This document shows positions 1 to 9,991 of a stretch of 64,000 nucleotides of DNA, one piece after another. Numbering within the stretch: position 1 is the stretch's first letter; each line of letters opens with the position of its first letter. Where the stretch lies: contig CAWCQX010000011.1 of assembly GCA_963797855.1 (NCBI GenBank), positions 24,887 to 88,886 of the forward strand, written 5' to 3'. Below the pieces are notes generated by a model. It was not told where the DNA came from. It saw only the letters and a program-made list of their open reading frames with translations, and did not search any database. The position numbers were made by a program, and so were the translations under genes. The DNA comes from an uncultured Chloroflexia bacterium (GTDB lineage Bacteria; Chloroflexota; Limnocylindria; QHBO01).

Positions 1-136
1 GACGTTGCCGGCCACGCAGGTCACGCCGCGCAGGTTGAGCTCCGGGCTGGTGGCCGCGATGAGCAGGGCGATCATGTCGTCGATCCCGGTGTCGACGTCC
101 AGGATGCAGCGGGCGGGGCGCGACCTCAGCCTCCAT
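1..136 (-). CDS. nucleoside hydrolase (IUNH family), N-terminal part only; runs off the left edge; frameshifted near its start
   Basis: My minus-strand translation of 1-108 gives CILDVDTGIDDMIALLIAATSPELNLRGVTCVAGNV, which carries the DxDxxxDD nucleoside-hydrolase signature. The only upstream ATG (134-136) lies in another frame. Confidence 0.5.
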   Translation of the reverse strand, partial: MEAEVAPRPLHPGRRHRDRRHDRPAHRGHQPGAQPARRDLRGRQR

Positions 137-1051
137 CGGCCGCATATGGTAGACGCCAGCCGCCGGCCTGGCCGACCTTTGTGCTCAGGGGCCGACCGAG
201 CGTCACGCTCACCTGACGGGCCGCGACCAGCAGCCGATCCAGGTCGACGCCGTGGGACATCCCCTCGCGGTCGAGCAGGTAGACGAGGTCCTCGGTGGCG
301 AGGTTGCCGGCCGCGCCCGGCGCGTACGGGCAGCCGCCGGTCCCGCCGGTCGACGCGTCGAAGCAGCGAATGCCGTGCTCGAGCGCGGTCGAGACGTTGG
401 CGAGCGCCGTCCCGCGCGTGTCGTGGAAGTGCATCGCCAGCCGGTCGGTCGCAGATCCCGGCGGCGGTGAGCGCGCCGACCACGCGCCGGACGTCGGCCG
501 GGACCGCGACCCCGATCGTGTCGCCGATGCTCAGCTCGTCGACGCCGAGCTCGAGGAGCCGCTGCGCGACGTCCACGACCGCGCCCTCGTCGACGGCTCC
601 CTGGTACGGACAGCCGAAGGCGGTGCTCACGTAGCCGCGCGTCCACCAGCCCCGCTCGCGCGCGCGCTCGACGACCGGCCGGAACGCGTCGATCGACTCC
701 GCGATCGTCATGTTGATGTTGTGGGCGGTGAAGGCCTCCGAGGCGGCCGTGAAGACGCAGACGGCATCGACGCCGGCGCTCTCCGCGCGAGCGAGGCCGC
801 GCTCGTTCGGGACGAGCACCGGGTAGCGCACGCCCGGGCGGCGGTCGAGGCGCGCCATCAGGTCGTCGGCGTCGGCCAGCTGGGGGATCGCGCGCGGCGA
901 GACGAAGCTCGTCGCCTCGATCTCGCTCAGGCCCGCATCGGCCAGGAGCGCGATGAAGCGCAGCTTGGCGTCGGTCGGGATCGGCGACTGCCTCGTTCTG
1001 GAGCCCGTCGCGCGGCCCGACCTCGTAGATGCGGACGTCGCGGTCGGTCAT
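126..1051 (-). CDS. hydroxymethylglutaryl-CoA lyase (frameshifted in this assembly)
   Basis: The start reads MTDRDVRIYEVGPRDGLQNE (ATG 1049-1051). The middle (IPTDAKLRFIALLADAGLSEIEATSFVSPRAIPQL...ELSIGDTIGVAVPADV) is my translation in a second frame. The C-terminus MHFHDTRGTALANV...GGCPYAPGAAGNLATEDLVYLL comes from ORF 126..434. Frame changes fall near 985 and 455. Confidence 0.85.
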
Positions 1052-3081
1052 CGGCTGAGAGTATCGCGCGTCGCTCGGGCCGAGCTCGGCCACGACGGCG
1101 CCTCGCTCGACCTGATCGCCCTCGGCCACCGCCACGCGCTCGACCGTCGCGTCGGTCGGCGCCACGACGGCGTGCTCCATCTTCATCGCCTCGATGACGA
1201 CGATGACCTCCCCGGCACGGACCGACTGCGCCCTCCGTCGCCCGAACCGCGATCACCCGCCCCGGCATCGGAGCGACCAGGACCGATGCGCCCTCGACGC
1301 CGCCGCGCGGCGTGGGCAGCCGCCGACTCCACGCTCGGCGGCTGTGCGACGCTGAACTCGACGCTCTGTCCCTCGACGTCGACGTGGATGGTCGATCCGT
1401 CACGGGCCGCGGCGACGGCTGGCGCCGGGCCGTCGACCGCGATGGCCCGCTCCTCGTCTCCGTGTCGCAGGCGGCGGATCGGCCGGACCGTTGAGGCGCC
1501 ACCCGCCGGCCCACGGATCGGCGGAGCCGTCCGCCGCGAGGCGCGCGGCGGCCTGCCAGTGCTCGGGTCCCGGGACCGGCGGACCGGGCAGCTCCAGGCC
1601 GGCGATCGTGTCGGTCCGCATCGTCGCCGTCGCGCATCTCCGGCCGCGCGAGCAGCCACCGCAGGAATCTCAGGTTCGTCCGCACGCCCAGCACCGTCGT
1701 CTCGTCGAGCGCGGCACGCAGCCGTTCGAGCGCCGCGTCCCGCGTCGGGCCGTGGGCGATGACCTTCGCCAGCATCGGGTCGTATCGGTCACCGATGGCG
1801 TCGCCCTGCGCGACCCCGGTGTCGATCCGGACGCCGGCGGGCCAGCGAAGGAGCGCGAGGCGCCCGGTCGCGGGCAGGAAGCCGGACTCGGGGTCCTCGG
1901 CGTAGAGGCGCGCCTCGAACGCGTGGCCGTCCGCCGACGGCGGCTGCTCCAGGCCAAGCTCCGCCAGGGTCGCGCCCGCGGCGATGGCGAGCTGGTCGGC
2001 CACGAGGTCGCGCCCGGTGACGGCCTCGGTCACCGGGTGCTCGACCTGGAGGCGCGTGTTCATCTCGAGGAAGAAGAACTCGCCCGCATCGGTCAGGAGC
2101 ATCTCGACCGTTCCGGCATTGACGTAGCCCGCGGCCGATGCGACCGCGAGGGCCGCGTCGCCCATCCGGGCGCGGAGCTCCGGGGTGACCGATGGCGCCG
2201 GCGACTCCTCGACGATCTTCTGGTTGCGTCGCTGTGCCGAGCAGTCGCGCTCGCCGAGGTGGACTCCGCGCCCGGTTGCGTCGAAGAGCACCTGGACCTC
2301 GACGTGGCGCACGCCCTCGAGATAGCGCTCGAGGATGAGCCGGTCGTCGCCGAAGGACCGATGCGCCTCGCGTCGTGCGGCCGCCAGCGACTCGGTCAGC
2401 TCGCCCGGCTCGCGGACGACGCGCATGCCCTTCCCGCCGCCCCCGGCGCTGGGCTTGACGAGCAGGGGATAGCCGATGCGCTCGGCCTCGGCGGTCAGCG
2501 TCGCGTCGTCCTGCGCCGCGCCGTCGTAGCCGGGGACCGTCGGGACGCCGTGGGCGGCCGCGCGCCGGCGAGCCTCGGCCTTGTCGCCCATCGCGGCGAT
2601 CGCCTCGGCCGGCGGCCCGACCCAGCGGAGGCCGGCCGCGGTCACGTCGCGGGCAAACTCCGGGTTCTCGGCGAGGAAGCCGTAGCCGGGGTGGACCGCA
2701 TCGGCGCCCGACGCGCGCCGCGACCGCGAGGATCGCCTCGCCGTCCAGGTAGCCCGGAACCTCGTGGGCCTCGTCCGTTCCGGCCGGCGGGCGGTCGTCC
2801 GGCGCGTGGATGCCGATCACCCGCATGCCCAGCCGGTGCGCGGTCCGCGCGACCCGCGCCGCGATCTCACCGCGGTTCGCGATGAGCAGGGTCCGGATCG
2901 GTCCGGCGGGCGCGGCCGCCGGCGCGCCCTCCGCGACGGCCGAGAGCGACGAACGCGACACGCGGACTCTCGATCCGATGCGCGTCGAGGGAAGCCGGCC
3001 GTCGGCGATCCAGCGCTGGACGGTCCGAACGGTCACGCCGAGCTCGTCGGCCACCTGCCGCGGCGTCAGCTCATCGGGCAT
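1048..3081 (-). CDS. methylcrotonyl-CoA/acyl-CoA carboxylase alpha subunit (biotin carboxylase + biotinyl domain) with N-terminal excisionase-type HTH; multiply frameshifted
   Basis: The N-terminus reads MPDELTPRQVADELGVTVRTVQRWIADGRL...PIRTLLIANRGEIAARVARTAHRLGMRVIGIH (ORF 1789..4083). The ATP-grasp core GYPLLVKPSAGGGGKGMRVV and EMNTRLQVEHPVTE lie in ORF 927..2645. The biotinyl motif (E)AMKMEH is at 1186. At least five frame changes are needed (about 2710, 1625, 1490, 1300, 1235). A TGA at 1048-1050 overlaps the lyase ATG only in an alternative frame. Confidence 0.85.
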
Positions 3082-3274
3082 GTCGCGATTGTCGCAGGGG
3101 ATCTCCAGAGTCGGATCCGCGGCGGACGAAGCCAGGGCAGTCGAGGACGGGAGTGCGCGGGTATCGCGGGTAGTCGGCATCGGACTCGGATCGCTCGCAC
3201 AGGCTGAAGGCGCTGCCGCGCGCGTTCCGCACCACGCGCTGGAAGCGGCACTGGTCGCAGAGCCCGTTGTCCAC
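3071..3274 (-). CDS. small Cys4 (CxxC...C...C) putative zinc-binding protein
   Basis: My translation from GTG 3272-3274 gives VDNGLCDQCRFQRVVRNARGSAFSLCERSESDADYPRYPRTPVLDCPGFVRRG... It fills the gap between the hydratase and carboxylase genes. The stop TGA 3071-3073 overlaps the carboxylase start. Confidence 0.45.
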   Translation of the reverse strand: MDNGLCDQCRFQRVVRNARGSAFSLCERSESDADYPRYPRTPVLDCPGFVRRGSDSGDPLRQSRHAR

Positions 3275-3290
3275 CGGTCGCGCGTGGCAG

Positions 3291-4083
3291 CTAGGAATCG
3301 CGGGACCAGCGCGGCGGACGCTTCTCGAGGAACGCGCCGAGGCCCTCCTGGCCCTCGGGCGACGTCCGCTGCTGGGCGATGTGCCGGATCGTGTGCTGGC
3401 GCGCCGCCTCGGGATCGAGCGCCCGGAGCTCGCGAACGAGCGCCTTCGCCGCGCGTGCCGCGGTCGGTCCGGCCGACCGCAGCTCGCCGAGCAGCTCCTC
3501 GATGCGACGCGTCGAGTGCCGCCTCGTCGGCGACCACCTCGTGCACGAGGCCGATGCGGAGTGCGCGATCGGCGTCGAAGCGCTGGCCGGTGACGAACAG
3601 GGCACGCGCGTGCGACTCGCCGATCTTCGCCACCACGAACGGGCTGATGACGGCCGGGATGATGCCGAGCTTGGCCTCGGTGAAGCCGAACGTCGCGTCG
3701 GCCGTCGCGACCACGATGTCGGCCACCGCGCACAGGCCCATGCCGCCCCCGAGCGCCGCGCCCTGGACGCGCGCGATCACCGGCGCCGGACAGCGGTCGA
3801 CCGCCGCGAGCATCGCGTGGAGCGCGGCCGCGTCCCGCTCGTTCTCGTCGATGCCCAGGCCGATCGCGGACCGCATCCAGTCGACGTCGGCGCCGGCGCA
3901 GAAGACCGACCCGGCCCCGGCCAGCACGACGCCGCGCAGGGCATCGGGACCCTCGGCCGCGAGCGTCTCGAAGGTCGCCCGCAGCTCGCCGATGAGCTCC
4001 GCGTCGAAGGCGTTGCGGACGTCGGGACGGTCGAGGGTGACCCTGGCGAACGGCCCTTCCCGCTCGACGCGCAGGCCGCTCAT
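3291..4083 (-). CDS. enoyl-CoA hydratase / methylglutaconyl-CoA hydratase-like (crotonase family; one frameshift)
   Basis: The body reads MSGLRVEREGPFARVTLDRPDVRNAFDAELI...VFCAGADVDWM...AALGGGMGLCAVADIVVA. The C-terminus ...SPEGQEGLGAFLEKRPPRW comes from ORF 3291..3605. The frame change is near 3530. An ATGA overlap links it to the upstream gene at 4080-4083. Confidence 0.85.
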
Positions 4084-4892
4084 CGGCCGCGACCGCGGCG
4101 ATGGAACGGATCGGCGACCGCGCGAACCTGCGCGAGCAGCGGCTCCTCGAGCCAGACGACATCGGTCCCGTCGGGCACGTCGACGGTCGCCGACGTCCCC
4201 GGCTCGCCGACGAGGCCCAGCATCAGGCGGCGATCGCCGTTGCCGGAGTCCGTCTCGACGAGGTAGGCCGCCTCGACGCCGGTCGGATCGAGCTCGCCCG
4301 CCAGGCGTCGCTCGAGGTCGCGGGTATCGGTGCCGGGCGGTCGAACCCGGATGGAGGATCGAGTCGTCGGTTCGAACAGCGGCTCGTCGCTGCCGGGAAG
4401 GCGACCCTCGGCGAGCGCCGCCAGCTCATCGGTCCCGAAGCGGTACGGCACCGGTCCGGCCGGATCCATGATCGCCGGCATGCCCGCGGCGGCCAGGTTC
4501 GCAATCGCGATCCGCGCGGGAAGCGGGAGGTTGCCGCTGCCGGACGGCGCCCATGCCGCCAGCGCGGCGAACGATCCGAAGACGACGCTGACGGTCTCGC
4601 CGCCGCTCTCGCGCGCGAGCATCACGCTGATCTCGACCTGCTCGTCGTCGTTGATCGCCGATTCGAGCGCGGCGCGGGCCTCCTCGCCGTGCTCGGGCGG
4701 GACGGGGAGCAGCAGCGTGCCGCTCATCAGGGTGCGGTAGAAGGCGTGGAGCGGCCCGCGCTCGCCACGCTCCTCGGCCGCGCGGGCAGCGAGCATCGCG
4801 TCGAAGAGGTTGGCGGAGCTCTCCTCCATCGATCCGGATGGGACGGAGCGGTCGTGCGAGCCCGGCGCGGGGCGGTCGATCGGCTGGGACAT
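4080..4892 (-). CDS. hypothetical protein, possibly SseB family
   Basis: The intact ORF starts at MSQPIDRP. The sequence ...LHAFYRTLMSGTLLLPVPPEHGEE...VSVVFGSFAALAAW...AYLVETDSG resembles SseB-type proteins from memory. It is embedded in the leucine-catabolism cluster. Confidence 0.4.
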   Translation of the reverse strand: MSQPIDRPAPGSHDRSVPSGSMEESSANLFDAMLAARAAEERGERGPLHAFYRTLMSGTLLLPVPPEHGEEARAALESAINDDEQVEISVMLARESGGETVSVVFGSFAALAAWAPSGSGNLPLPARIAIANLAAAGMPAIMDPAGPVPYRFGTDELAALAEGRLPGSDEPLFEPTTRSSIRVRPPGTDTRDLERRLAGELDPTGVEAAYLVETDSGNGDRRLMLGLVGEPGTSATVDVPDGTDVVWLEEPLLAQVRAVADPFHRRGRGR

Positions 4893-4932
4893 CGGTCCGG
4901 TGAGCCTAACGCAACGGAGTAGGATCCTCGGC

Positions 4933-5725
4933 ATGATCCGTGGCATCGACCACCTGGTCATCGCCTGTCCGGATCCCGACGAGGCGGCGGCCACCCTCGA
5001 GTCCGAGCTCGGGATCGCGGTCACCGGCGGCGGCCGCCATCCGGGGGCCGGCATCGTGGAACCGGATCGCCTGGCTCGCGGACGGAAGCTACCTCGAGCT
5101 CATCGGCATCGACGATCCGGAGCTCGCGTCGAAGTCGCCGGTCAACGCCGCCGCGCTGCGGGCGCTCGAGAGCGGCGGCGGGCTCGCGACCTACGCGCTG
5201 CTCGTCGACGAGATCGACCTCACCGTGCAGGGCCTCCAGGCCGCCGGGGCCACGTTCGGCTCGCCGGTGCACGGAAGCCGGACCCGCGACGACGGCGAGG
5301 TCGTCGAGTGGTGGGTCGCCTTCCCCGATCGGCCGCTCGCCGTCGACGGCGTTCCGTTCCTCATCCAGCACGCGTACGTCGGAGCGGAGTGGGGACCCCA
5401 GGCCCTGGCCGAGCGCGCCCGCTTCGAGCATCCGATCGGATCTCCGGTCCGCCTGCACGGCCTCGACATCGCGGCGACCGATCCCGCGTCGATGGGAGCG
5501 ACGCTGCACGCAGAGCTTCAGCTCGACTTCTGGGCCCTCGGCGAGCTCGCCGTGACCGAGGTCGGCCCACACGTCCTGCGCATCGTGCCTCGCGGCGACC
5601 TCGGCCTCCCGGTCGCGGTCAACCTCGGCGCCGAGATCGCGTCGCCGCGAACCGCCGATGTGCTCGGCCTGCGCTTCGTCGTCGAGCCGGCCGAGGTCCA
5701 CGCGGTGACGCCGAAGCGCCCCTGA
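4933..5725 (+). CDS. VOC/glyoxalase-like domain protein (one frameshift near 5040)
   Basis: The start reads MIRGIDHLVIACPDPDEAAATLESELGIAVTGGGRHPG. The protein continues in ORF 4940..5725 as WNRIAWLADGSYLELIGIDDPE...VPFLIQH. Confidence 0.6.
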
Positions 5726-5734
5726 GTCCGCGTC

Positions 5735-7333
5735 CTACATCCGGTAGAGGCTGAAGCCCGGCTCGGGGATCGGCGCGTTGAGCGCCGCGCTGATGCCGAG
5801 CGCCAGCACGCGGCGGGTGTCCATCGGGTCGATGACGCCGTCGTCCCACAGGCGCGCGGTCGAGTGGTACGGCGAGCCCTCGAGCTCGTACTTCTCGAGG
5901 ATCGGGGCCTCGAAGGCGTCACGGTCCGCATCGGTCTCGAAGCCACCGCGGACCGTCGACAGGACGCGCGCCGCCTGGGCGCCGCCCATGACGCTGATCC
6001 GCGCGTTCGGCCACATCCACAGCTGGCGGGGCCCGTACGCCCGCCCGGCCATGCCGTAGTTCCCGGCCCCGAAGCTGCCGCCGACGATGACGGTGAACTT
6101 CGGCACGTTCGTCGTGCTGACCGCCGTCACGAGCTTCGCGCCGTCGCGGGCGATCCCGCCGGCCTCGTACTCGCGGCCGACCATGAAGCCGGTGATGTTC
6201 TGGAGGAACACGAGCGGGATCCGGCGCTGGCTGGCCAGCTCGACGAAGTGGGCGCCCTTCAGCGCCGACTGGCTGAAGAGGATCCCGTTGTTGGCGAGGA
6301 TCCCGACCGGGAAGCCCATGATCCGCCCGAAGCCGGTGACGAGCGTCTCGCCGTAGCGCGCCTTGAACTCGTGGAAGTCGCTGCCGTCGACGAGCCGCGC
6401 GATCACCTCGCGCACGTCGTAGGACTGCCGCGCGTCGGCGGGAATCACGCCGTAGAGATCGTCGGGCGAGACCGATGGCTCGCACGGCTCGCCGACCTCC
6501 CACGGCGGCTCCGGCTTCCGGCGCGCCAGGTTGCGAACGATCTCGCGGCCGATGGCGAGGGCATGGTCGTCGTCCAGCGCGTAGTGGTCGGCCACGCCCG
6601 ACTGCACCGTGTGGACCTCGGCGCCGCCGAGCTCCTCGGCCGTCACCTCCTCGCCGGTCGCCGCCTTCACGAGCGGCGGGCCGCCGAGGAAGATCGTGCC
6701 GGTGCCCTTGACGATGACCGTCTCGTCGCTCATCGCCGGCACGTAGGCGCCGCCGGCGGTGCACGAGCCCATCACCAGCGCGACCTGCGGGATCCGGCGG
6801 GCCGAGAGCTGGGCCTGGTTGAAGAAGATGCGGCCGAAGTGGTCGCGATCGGGGAAGACCTCGTCCTGGAGCGGCAGGAACGCGCCGCCGGAGTCGACGA
6901 GGTAGAGGCACGGCAGCCCGTTCTCGAGCGCGATCTCCTGGGCTCGCAGGTGCTTCTTGACGGTCATCGGGTAGTAGGTGCCGCCCTTGACCGTCGCGTC
7001 GTTGGCGACGATCACCGTCTCGATGCCCTCGACGCGGCCGATGCCGGTCACGATGCCCGCACCCGGCGCCTCGTCGTCGTAGAGGCCGTTCGCCGCGAGG
7101 GCGTTCAGCTCGAGGAAGGCGCTGCCCGGATCGATGAGCCGATCGATGCGCTCGCGGACCGGGAGCTTGCCGCGCTCGCGATGGCGGGCGATCGAGCGCT
7201 CGTCGCCGCCCGCGCCGTCGCGCGTCAGGGCTGACATCCGCGCGCGCAGGTCCTCGACGAGGGCGCGCATGGCTCCCTCGTTGGCGCGGAACGCCTCGGA
7301 CCCGGGATCGATGCTGCTGCGCAGGACGGCCAT
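5735..7333 (-). CDS. methylcrotonyl-CoA carboxylase beta subunit (carboxyltransferase)
   Basis: The ORF is intact at 532 aa. Carboxyl-transferase motifs are present: [69 protein letters not shown]. Confidence 0.93.
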   Translation of the reverse strand: MAVLRSSIDPGSEAFRANEGAMRALVEDLRARMSALTRDGAGGDERSIARHRERGKLPVRERIDRLIDPGSAFLELNALAANGLYDDEAPGAGIVTGIGRVEGIETVIVANDATVKGGTYYPMTVKKHLRAQEIALENGLPCLYLVDSGGAFLPLQDEVFPDRDHFGRIFFNQAQLSARRIPQVALVMGSCTAGGAYVPAMSDETVIVKGTGTIFLGGPPLVKAATGEEVTAEELGGAEVHTVQSGVADHYALDDDHALAIGREIVRNLARRKPEPPWEVGEPCEPSVSPDDLYGVIPADARQSYDVREVIARLVDGSDFHEFKARYGETLVTGFGRIMGFPVGILANNGILFSQSALKGAHFVELASQRRIPLVFLQNITGFMVGREYEAGGIARDGAKLVTAVSTTNVPKFTVIVGGSFGAGNYGMAGRAYGPRQLWMWPNARISVMGGAQAARVLSTVRGGFETDADRDAFEAPILEKYELEGSPYHSTARLWDDGVIDPMDTRRVLALGISAALNAPIPEPGFSLYRM

Positions 7334-7357
7334 CCGCCGCCGATTATCGCCGCGGGA

Positions 7358-7937
7358 TCAGGCGAGCGTGACGAGCGGGACCATCTGCGTGACGTGGGCG
7401 GCGTTGACGATCACGACGCTGACGACGTGCTCGAAGGGCGGATCCCCGTTGTGGAGGAGATACGCATCGGTCAGCGGGAGGAAGCCGGCGCTGCGGAGGA
7501 GATGCGGACCGACCTCGACGCCGGGCTGCAGGTGGATGTTGCCGGTCACGCTGAAGGGCCCGGCCGCGAGTGCCGCGCGGCGGAGGCGCTTGTGCAGGCG
7601 CAGCTGGCGGCTGGCGCGCCACTCCGGCGGCATCGCCAGGATCACGCGGGCCGTCGCCAGGCTCTCCCACTCGCCGTTCTCGTCGGCGCGCGTCCGGGTC
7701 GGCTTCGGCGGGCGGGCTCGTCTCGTCGAGCGGGCCGGGGCTCGGGCGCCACAGTCGCAGCTCGTCCTGCGTGGCCAGGAGATCGGTGACCCGCTGCCCG
7801 TTCGGCGCGATCCAGCCGACGATGCGCGAATCGGCGGTGTACAGCTCGATCGGCGCGAGCTCGGGCGCGGTCGCGAGGGCCGCTGACCCCTGCGTCGCCG
7901 TCGGCCCCGGGCCCCGGCGCCAGTTCCAGAACGTCAC
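7358..7937 (-). CDS. hypothetical protein (one frameshift near 7650)
   Basis: A GTG start at 7935-7937 is preceded by AGGAGA. The N-terminal part VTFWNWRRGPGP...IELYTADSRIVGWIAPNGQRVTDLL lies in the frame of ORF 7344..9299. The C-terminal part is ORF 7358..7645. Confidence 0.4.
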
Positions 7938-8093
7938 ATCGTCTCCTATCGGACGAGACCGCGGGGCATGCGCCGGCGGCTCTGCCTGCGAACCGTACGC
8001 GGCCGCATCGGCCCGACCAACTGGTTCGATAGTCCCACCGAGGGCCCAGTGCGTCGCGGCACCGGTCCCGCTCGGCTCCGGTACCCTTCGCCG

Positions 8094-8429
8094 ATGATCG
8101 ACATCGAGCAGTTCGAGCGGGTCGAGATGCGCGTCGGGCGGATCGTCTCGGCCGAGCCGTTTCCCGAGGCGCGCAAGCCGTCCTACCGCCTGCGGATCGA
8201 CTTCGGCCCGGAGGTCGGGGAGCGCGTCAGCTCGGCCCAGCTGACGGTCACGTACCCGGATCGCGAGTCCCTCGTGGGCCGGCAGGTCGTCGCCGTCCTC
8301 AACTTCCCGCCGCGGCGGATCGCCGGGTTCGCGAGCGAGGTGCTCGTGCTCGGCGCGATGGGCGCCGACGGCGAGGTCTTCCTGCTGCGGCCGGACCCTC
8401 CATCGCCGGAAGGGCTGCGCATCGGCTGA
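8094..8429 (+). CDS. tRNA-binding domain protein (CsaA/YgjH-like)
   Basis: MIDIEQFERVEMRVGRIVSAEPFPEARKPSYRLRIDFGPEVGERVSSAQLT...VAVLNFPPRRIAGFASEVLVLG is typical of the tRNA_bind OB fold. Confidence 0.75.
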   Translation: MIDIEQFERVEMRVGRIVSAEPFPEARKPSYRLRIDFGPEVGERVSSAQLTVTYPDRESLVGRQVVAVLNFPPRRIAGFASEVLVLGAMGADGEVFLLRPDPPSPEGLRIG

Positions 8430-8477
8430 TGCGCGCGGTTGCCGCACGGGGCGCCTCACCCGATACTCGCGCCGCAG

Positions 8478-8922
8478 ATGACACCGCCGATCGCCACGCC
8501 GCTCGTCGGCCCGGCCCCGGAAGGGATGCCGGACCCGAGCCTCGCGCCGCCGCAGATCGCGCGCGCGGGCGATCCGTTCGCCGCCCTCCGCGTCGTGCAT
8601 TTCGTCTCGCGCCTGCGCCGCAACGAGACGCTCCAGGTGCGCGACGTCGTGGCCGCGCTGAACGCCGAGTTCCTCGACTGGTACTTCACCGAGAAGGTGG
8701 TGCTCGCCGAGCTCGTTCAGCTCCAGGCCAACTGGGGCGATCAGCTTCCACGGCGACGATCGGATCGTGCTCGACCGCAACGAGCGCGGCCACACGCTGC
8801 TGATCGTCGACTCGACCAAGATGAGCACGTTCCTGGTCAACGAGGCGCGGCGCCTGGCCGAGGCGTGCGCCGAGGAGCTGCGTCGCTTCACCCTCGGCGA
8901 CGGCGTGTCGCCCGACAACTGA
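8478..8922 (+). CDS. hypothetical protein (frameshift near 8740)
   Basis: ORF 8439..9104 gives the N-terminus ...VVHFVSRLRRNETLQVRDVVAALNAEFLDWYFTEKVVLAELVQLQANWGD. It continues in another frame as ISFHGDDRIVLDRNERGHTLLIVDSTK...RRFTLGDGVSPDN, ending at TGA 8920-8922. Confidence 0.3.
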
Positions 8923-9871
8923 GCCGGGTCAGACCCGGTCGGAGTCTCCCGCCTGACCCGAGCCGGCGACCGAGCAGCTCCGCGGCGGCGGGGCGAACGT
9001 CGCCCTCGGCCACCGGCAGCGGCACCCGCCGCGGCTTCGGGCGGAACGGGCTCGTGTCGGGCACGACCGGCCCATCGGTCTCCTCGAGCGAGCCGCCGCG
9101 GTAGGCGTCCCACACGGCCATGACCGTGTCCCGGTGCGGCTTGATGCGGCAGTGCTCGTCGCGGTTGCCCATCTCGTCGCAGTAGCCGAGCGGCACGCAC
9201 TTCGGCACGAGGAAGCTGCCGAAGAAGGGGCTGACGCGGAAGATCTCGTGGCGGATCTGCTTGAAGAGCTGGCGGATCTCCCACTGCGCCATCGTGCACA
9301 GCCGCAGCCCGGACATGTGGATGAGCTGGCGCAGGTTGACCGTCATGATCAGGTTCGTCTGCATCGCGTTCGGGAAGATGAAGCGCGCGTCCTCGGCCGG
9401 CACCTCGGCCTGCAGCAGCTGGCCGTACAGGTCGAGGTTCTCGTCGATCGCGCGCTGGAAGCGGCCGGCCAGGTCGTCGGGCAGGTCGCCGTTGGCGATC
9501 GTGTCGGGGACGGTGTAGTTGTCGCGCTTCTTGAAGCTGACGTAGCGCTGCGACTGCTGGTCGAAGGCCGTGCCGGCGCGATGCCGAACGAGCTGGTGCG
9601 AGAGCGTGCGCGTCACGCCGCTGATGGCGAACGTGAAGTTGACGTGCTCGATCGTCGAGCCGTGGCCCGACTCCATCACCTTGCGCACGAGGCTCTGCTG
9701 CTTCTCGTCGGCGACCTCGCGGCTGACCGCCTTGTCCCAGATCTGGTCGGGCACGAGCTCGGAGTAGCAGGTCCGGCAGGCGGTGTAGATGATCGGGAGG
9801 TAGAACTCCTCGACGATCTCCTTGGTCGGGAAGATCAGCTTGGCCGAGAGGGCGGATGAGTTCGACGGCAT
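8888..9871 (-). CDS. thyX: FAD-dependent thymidylate synthase ThyX
   Basis: The ORF is intact and carries the ThyX signature LVRHRAGTAFDQQSQRY (RHRxxxxxxxSxRY). The C-terminal tail after about residue 255 is unusually long and Arg/Gly-rich. Confidence 0.9.
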   Translation of the reverse strand: MPSNSSALSAKLIFPTKEIVEEFYLPIIYTACRTCYSELVPDQIWDKAVSREVADEKQQSLVRKVMESGHGSTIEHVNFTFAISGVTRTLSHQLVRHRAGTAFDQQSQRYVSFKKRDNYTVPDTIANGDLPDDLAGRFQRAIDENLDLYGQLLQAEVPAEDARFIFPNAMQTNLIMTVNLRQLIHMSGLRLCTMAQWEIRQLFKQIRHEIFRVSPFFGSFLVPKCVPLGYCDEMGNRDEHCRIKPHRDTVMAVWDAYRGGSLEETDGPVVPDTSPFRPKPRRVPLPVAEGDVRPAAAELLGRRLGSGGRLRPGLTRLSCRATRRRRG

Positions 9872-9911
9872 GAGTGCCTCAACGTTGCCAGCCGGGCCGG
9901 CATGGATACGG

Positions 9912-9960
9912 GGTTATCCACAGATCCTACCCACACATTGTATGACAACCGTGGATAACC
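9912..9960. promoter_or_regulatory. perfect 10-bp inverted repeat GGTTATCCAC-N29-GTGGATAACC containing DnaA-box-like 9-mers, upstream of thyX
   Basis: TTATCCACA lies at 9914-9922, and the reverse complement of TTATCCACG at 9950-9958. On the thyX strand a TACAAT hexamer (9937-9942) lies between the two arms. The thyX ATG is at 9871. Confidence 0.4.
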
Positions 9961-9991
9961 CGACCAGGCCTCGAGCCGCCGACATTCACGC

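Noticed and set aside
1048-1051. Natural fusion proteins at the in-frame junctions without stops (carboxylase-lyase; aminotransferase-SDR at 24774-24790; GNAT-ZIP at 56938-56946; permease-binding protein at 62671-62685).
   Set aside because: Each junction has a canonical stop, often overlapping the next start, in a frame reachable by one indel. The window is full of such indels. The downstream genes keep their own start codons and RBS or signal peptides.
8888-9130. The long Arg/Gly/Pro-rich C-terminal extension of ThyX, which overlaps the convergent gene end (8922).
   Set aside because: It could be real. Equally, it could come from a missed stop caused by an indel in a window with many indels. 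I did not treat it as a domain.
9912-9960. DnaA boxes considered as a chromosomal replication origin.
   Set aside because: Only two boxes are present. There is no AT-rich unwinding element, and no dnaA, dnaN, rpmH or parAB genes nearby. The position fits a gene-specific operator upstream of thyX.
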